Source: Vicugna vicugna
Lineage: Eukaryota
Assembly: GCA_013265495.1 (NCBI GenBank)
Contig: MU058198.1
Span: forward strand, 1,190,419-1,254,418
Length of the DNA stretch: 64,000 bases
Direction: 5' to 3'
Shown here: in pieces, positions 61,184 to 64,000 of the stretch
Layout of the letters: every line of letters begins with the position of its first letter
Numbering within the stretch: the first letter of the stretch is position 1
Notes under the pieces: generated by a model
Databases searched by the model: none
Told to the model about the DNA's origin: nothing
What the model saw: the letters and a program-made list of their open reading frames with translations, nothing else
Translations under genes and position numbers: made by a program

Positions 61184-62591
61184 GTGAGCATGTTGTGAGG
61201 GATGGACGGATGGGTCATGCCTCAGGATGGCACTAACCAGTCTTTAGAAGTCAGGGCCAAGAAGGAGAGTGAAAACCTCTGGGGGAGAGAAGCCATCTGC
61301 AATCTCCAGGGGCTGAGAACATGAGGAGGCAGTGGTGGGCAAAGGAAAAGGTGGCTTTAGCACAGCAAAAGGGAGGGAATGGGGAAGCTGGGAGAAGGGC
61401 GGTCAGAGTGGGATCGGGAGTTGAGTGGTGGTCAGGGAAGCAGGCCTATCAGAGGAGGAGAGGCCAGAAGAATGAGAAAAACGTGGTATGGAAAGAGAGA
61501 GGGACCAGCAGGTGCAAAGACAGTAAATATTCCTGCCAAGGAGCTGGTAAGGAAATCTTCACTCCTTGTTTTTTTAGGAAGTAGGAGAGGAGGCACCAGC
61601 GTCTGGGACTTGCGTGTTCTAACTGCTGTTACCTAGAAAACAGGGAAAGGACTCTAGCCATTCGGTGGGACTCCATGACTGGAGTCTTTGAATCAAAGGT
61701 CATTAGACAAATTCTGCAACCTCCCATCAAAGAGCACATGTTGAAATTCAGAGACCGGCAGCCTTCCAACTACTTTCCCTAGAACCAATGTGAAGGTAGA
61801 AATAATCATAACAACTATAATTGCTAAAATGAGTCTGTGTGTTGGGTCCTCCATGCTAAGTGTACAGTATTCAAGATAGCTCAGTCAAGGATCCGTTGAA
61901 GGAAATATATGTTACTTGTAGTAAGTAACATTTACTGTGATAATTACAAACCTCCTGAACATCTCAGGAGCTCAGAAACGTACATATTTCCCCCATGGGT
62001 CTGGGGGTGATTTATCTGTGGCTGTGCTGGGCTCAGCTCAGCTCCACAGTCTGAGATCCATGCTGGGGGTAGGACCATCTGGGATATGCTACTCTCATGG
62101 CAGAGGGCAGTCCCTGACCACACAACCACACAATCACATCCACTCACATTTCACTGACCAAAGCATATTCTATGGGCAATCTAATGTCAATGGAGATTCT
62201 TTTCTCCAGAATGCACTGGGTAAGTCATGTGGAAATGAATGGGGACATACATATAATTCTACAGGGAGGGGGCAAGTTGTTGGGAAAAATAACTAAATCT
62301 ACCACACCACTGTGTTTTAAGCACAAAAGGATTTATCACGTAAGAATTGGGTGTTCACAAAACTGTCAGAAGTACTGGAGAAGGAGGACATGAAGTCGAT
62401 GTGGTGCTTTTGGAGAATGGCATATCAGAAGGAGACTGAGATAGAATGGATGCTGACTGCCAATTCACTGATAACCAAAACAGATTAATTTCTGGAAGAA
62501 CCCTGTAAGGTTGGGATGAATCTCCTCAAGCAACTGATGACTCTACGGGAAAGACTCACCTGTGTGTTTTCTTTCCTTTGCAGGTTCAAAC

Positions 62592-62768
62592 ATGCTTTGG
62601 CTGCAGAAATTCCAGAGGCTTTGCATCTTATGGGGGAGTCGGATACCCAAACGTACTGTCCACGTTCATACAAGGCAACTGGCATCCCTGCAGTGGGGCT
62701 ACCAGGAAGTTCCTCCCAAATTTAACTTTGCTAGTGATGTGCTGGATCACTGGGCTGACATGGAGAAG
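62592..62768 (+). CDS. ACSM2: ACSM2-type (ACSM2A/2B-like) acyl-CoA synthetase, first coding exon; the gene continues beyond the window
   Basis: Translates as MLWLQKFQRLCILWGS...LQWGYQEVPPKFNFASDVLDHWADMEK; acceptor ttgcag at 62583, donor gtaatt. Matches the recalled ACSM2 N-terminus and the expected gene order. Confidence 0.92.
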
Positions 62769-63639
62769 GTAATTGGGAGAAGACGCACCAAGTTGGACAA
62801 CTTGGCTGAGTCCACTAATTCATCCATTCATTGAGTAAATATTTATTGAGCACTTATTGTGTGTCAGGTACAGTGATGAGCTAGGAACAAGATGTCCATC
62901 TTCCATGAAGGCAGCATGGGGTGGGAGCAAGGGAACATGGGCTTGGCAGAAAGAAGGGCTCAGGAGGCTGGTGCAAGAAGGAGCGGTCTGGGAACCCCCC
63001 TCCCCAGGCAGCTGATAACACAGCTTGCCTGCACGTACTGCACGTGCTCTGCTGTGACGTCCCAGAGTGAAATCAGGACTAGTGGGTTGCGGTCATAGAG
63101 GAGGTAGATTTGGGCTCAGTAAGGGGAAATCAGCATTCTCTTGTTAAACTAGCACCAGCCAAAGACTAAGCCAGTCTTCTCAGAAAGTTATGGGTCTTTG
63201 TCATTAAGTAGGATGACTGCTGGGCAGGGATTGTCAAGAGAACTCCGATATGAGACATCAGAGAAAGAGAGTGATGCAGGAGTTTCTGTTTCTTTTCCTA
63301 CCCTGGACTTATAGAATTCCACCCCATTCATTGCTGGTCCTATCCTTGCCTTTACCTGAAGTTCTGTGCACCTTTATGGAGGGTAAAAGGACTCACCCTG
63401 GCTAGGGTAGCAGAAGAGGTGGATCTGCTAGCCTGGGCTTAAAAGAATGGTGCTCCAAGGGCATCCTAATTCGGTCCCAACACCATGACACAACTTTAGC
63501 ACAGAGACTACAAACACCAGGCCTTTAGGCTGAAGACGCCCCATGGTGCAGGGCTCTCTTTAAAAAAAATCAATCAATATTTTAAAATTGAAAAATTTCA
63601 AAGAAAAATTTAGATATCTGGCTTTTCTTTAAAAGTTAT

Positions 63640-64000
63640 ACCTCCTTGGAATAATGAAGAAGCTCTTTACTACCAAGACTCGAAGTCATGAATCCATAAA
63701 ATAAGTGATTTAATACATCTGCTACATAAATATCAAAAAACCTCTCCATTGACAACACCGTAAGTAAAATTTGAAAACTAGTAACAATCAGGGGAAGTGT
63801 ATCATGTCACAGCAAAGAGTTAATATCCTCAGCACAAAAAGAGCTCCTGGAAATCAAGCCAAAACGTAGGAGCAATCCAACATCTACCTGTGGATTAATG
63901 GAGAAACCGATGGGCATATCTGTACAATGGAATATTATTTGGCCTTTAAAAAGAATGAAATTCTGATGTATGACACATCATGGATGAGCCTTGTAGACAT
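63640..64000 (+). mobile_element. Old L1 fragments, truncated by the window end
   Basis: caaagagttaatatcc, caatggaatattatttggcctttaaaaagaatgaaa. Confidence 0.65.

Overview
Mammalian genomic DNA, most likely camelid: it carries three tRNA-derived SINEs resembling Vic-1 and cetartiodactyl-type L1 3' ends, with no Alu, B1 or Bov-tA seen. The window covers the PDILT-ACSM5-ACSM2 segment. It holds the complete coding sequence of PDILT (minus strand, 11 coding exons, 578 aa, C-terminal KEEL), the complete coding sequence of ACSM5 (plus strand, 13 coding exons, 579 aa) and the first coding exon of an ACSM2-type gene. All exons were reconstructed by hand with GT-AG boundaries and compatible phases. 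The rest is intronic or intergenic DNA rich in L1, L2, MIR, LTR and hAT fossils. I find no evidence for a wholly new gene system. The most unusual structures are: a perfect 100-bp inverted duplication bracketing an ACSM5 coding exon; a 273-bp inverted duplication between the divergent PDILT and ACSM5 5' ends; two twin-primed (5'-inverted) L1 insertions just after the ACSM5 stop; motif-rich solo LTRs (CCAAT/octamer array, 104-bp U3 repeats, an ISRE); and a candidate kidney-type enhancer in a PDILT intron. Repeat family names and comparisons with human proteins come from recalled consensus sequences, not from searches.
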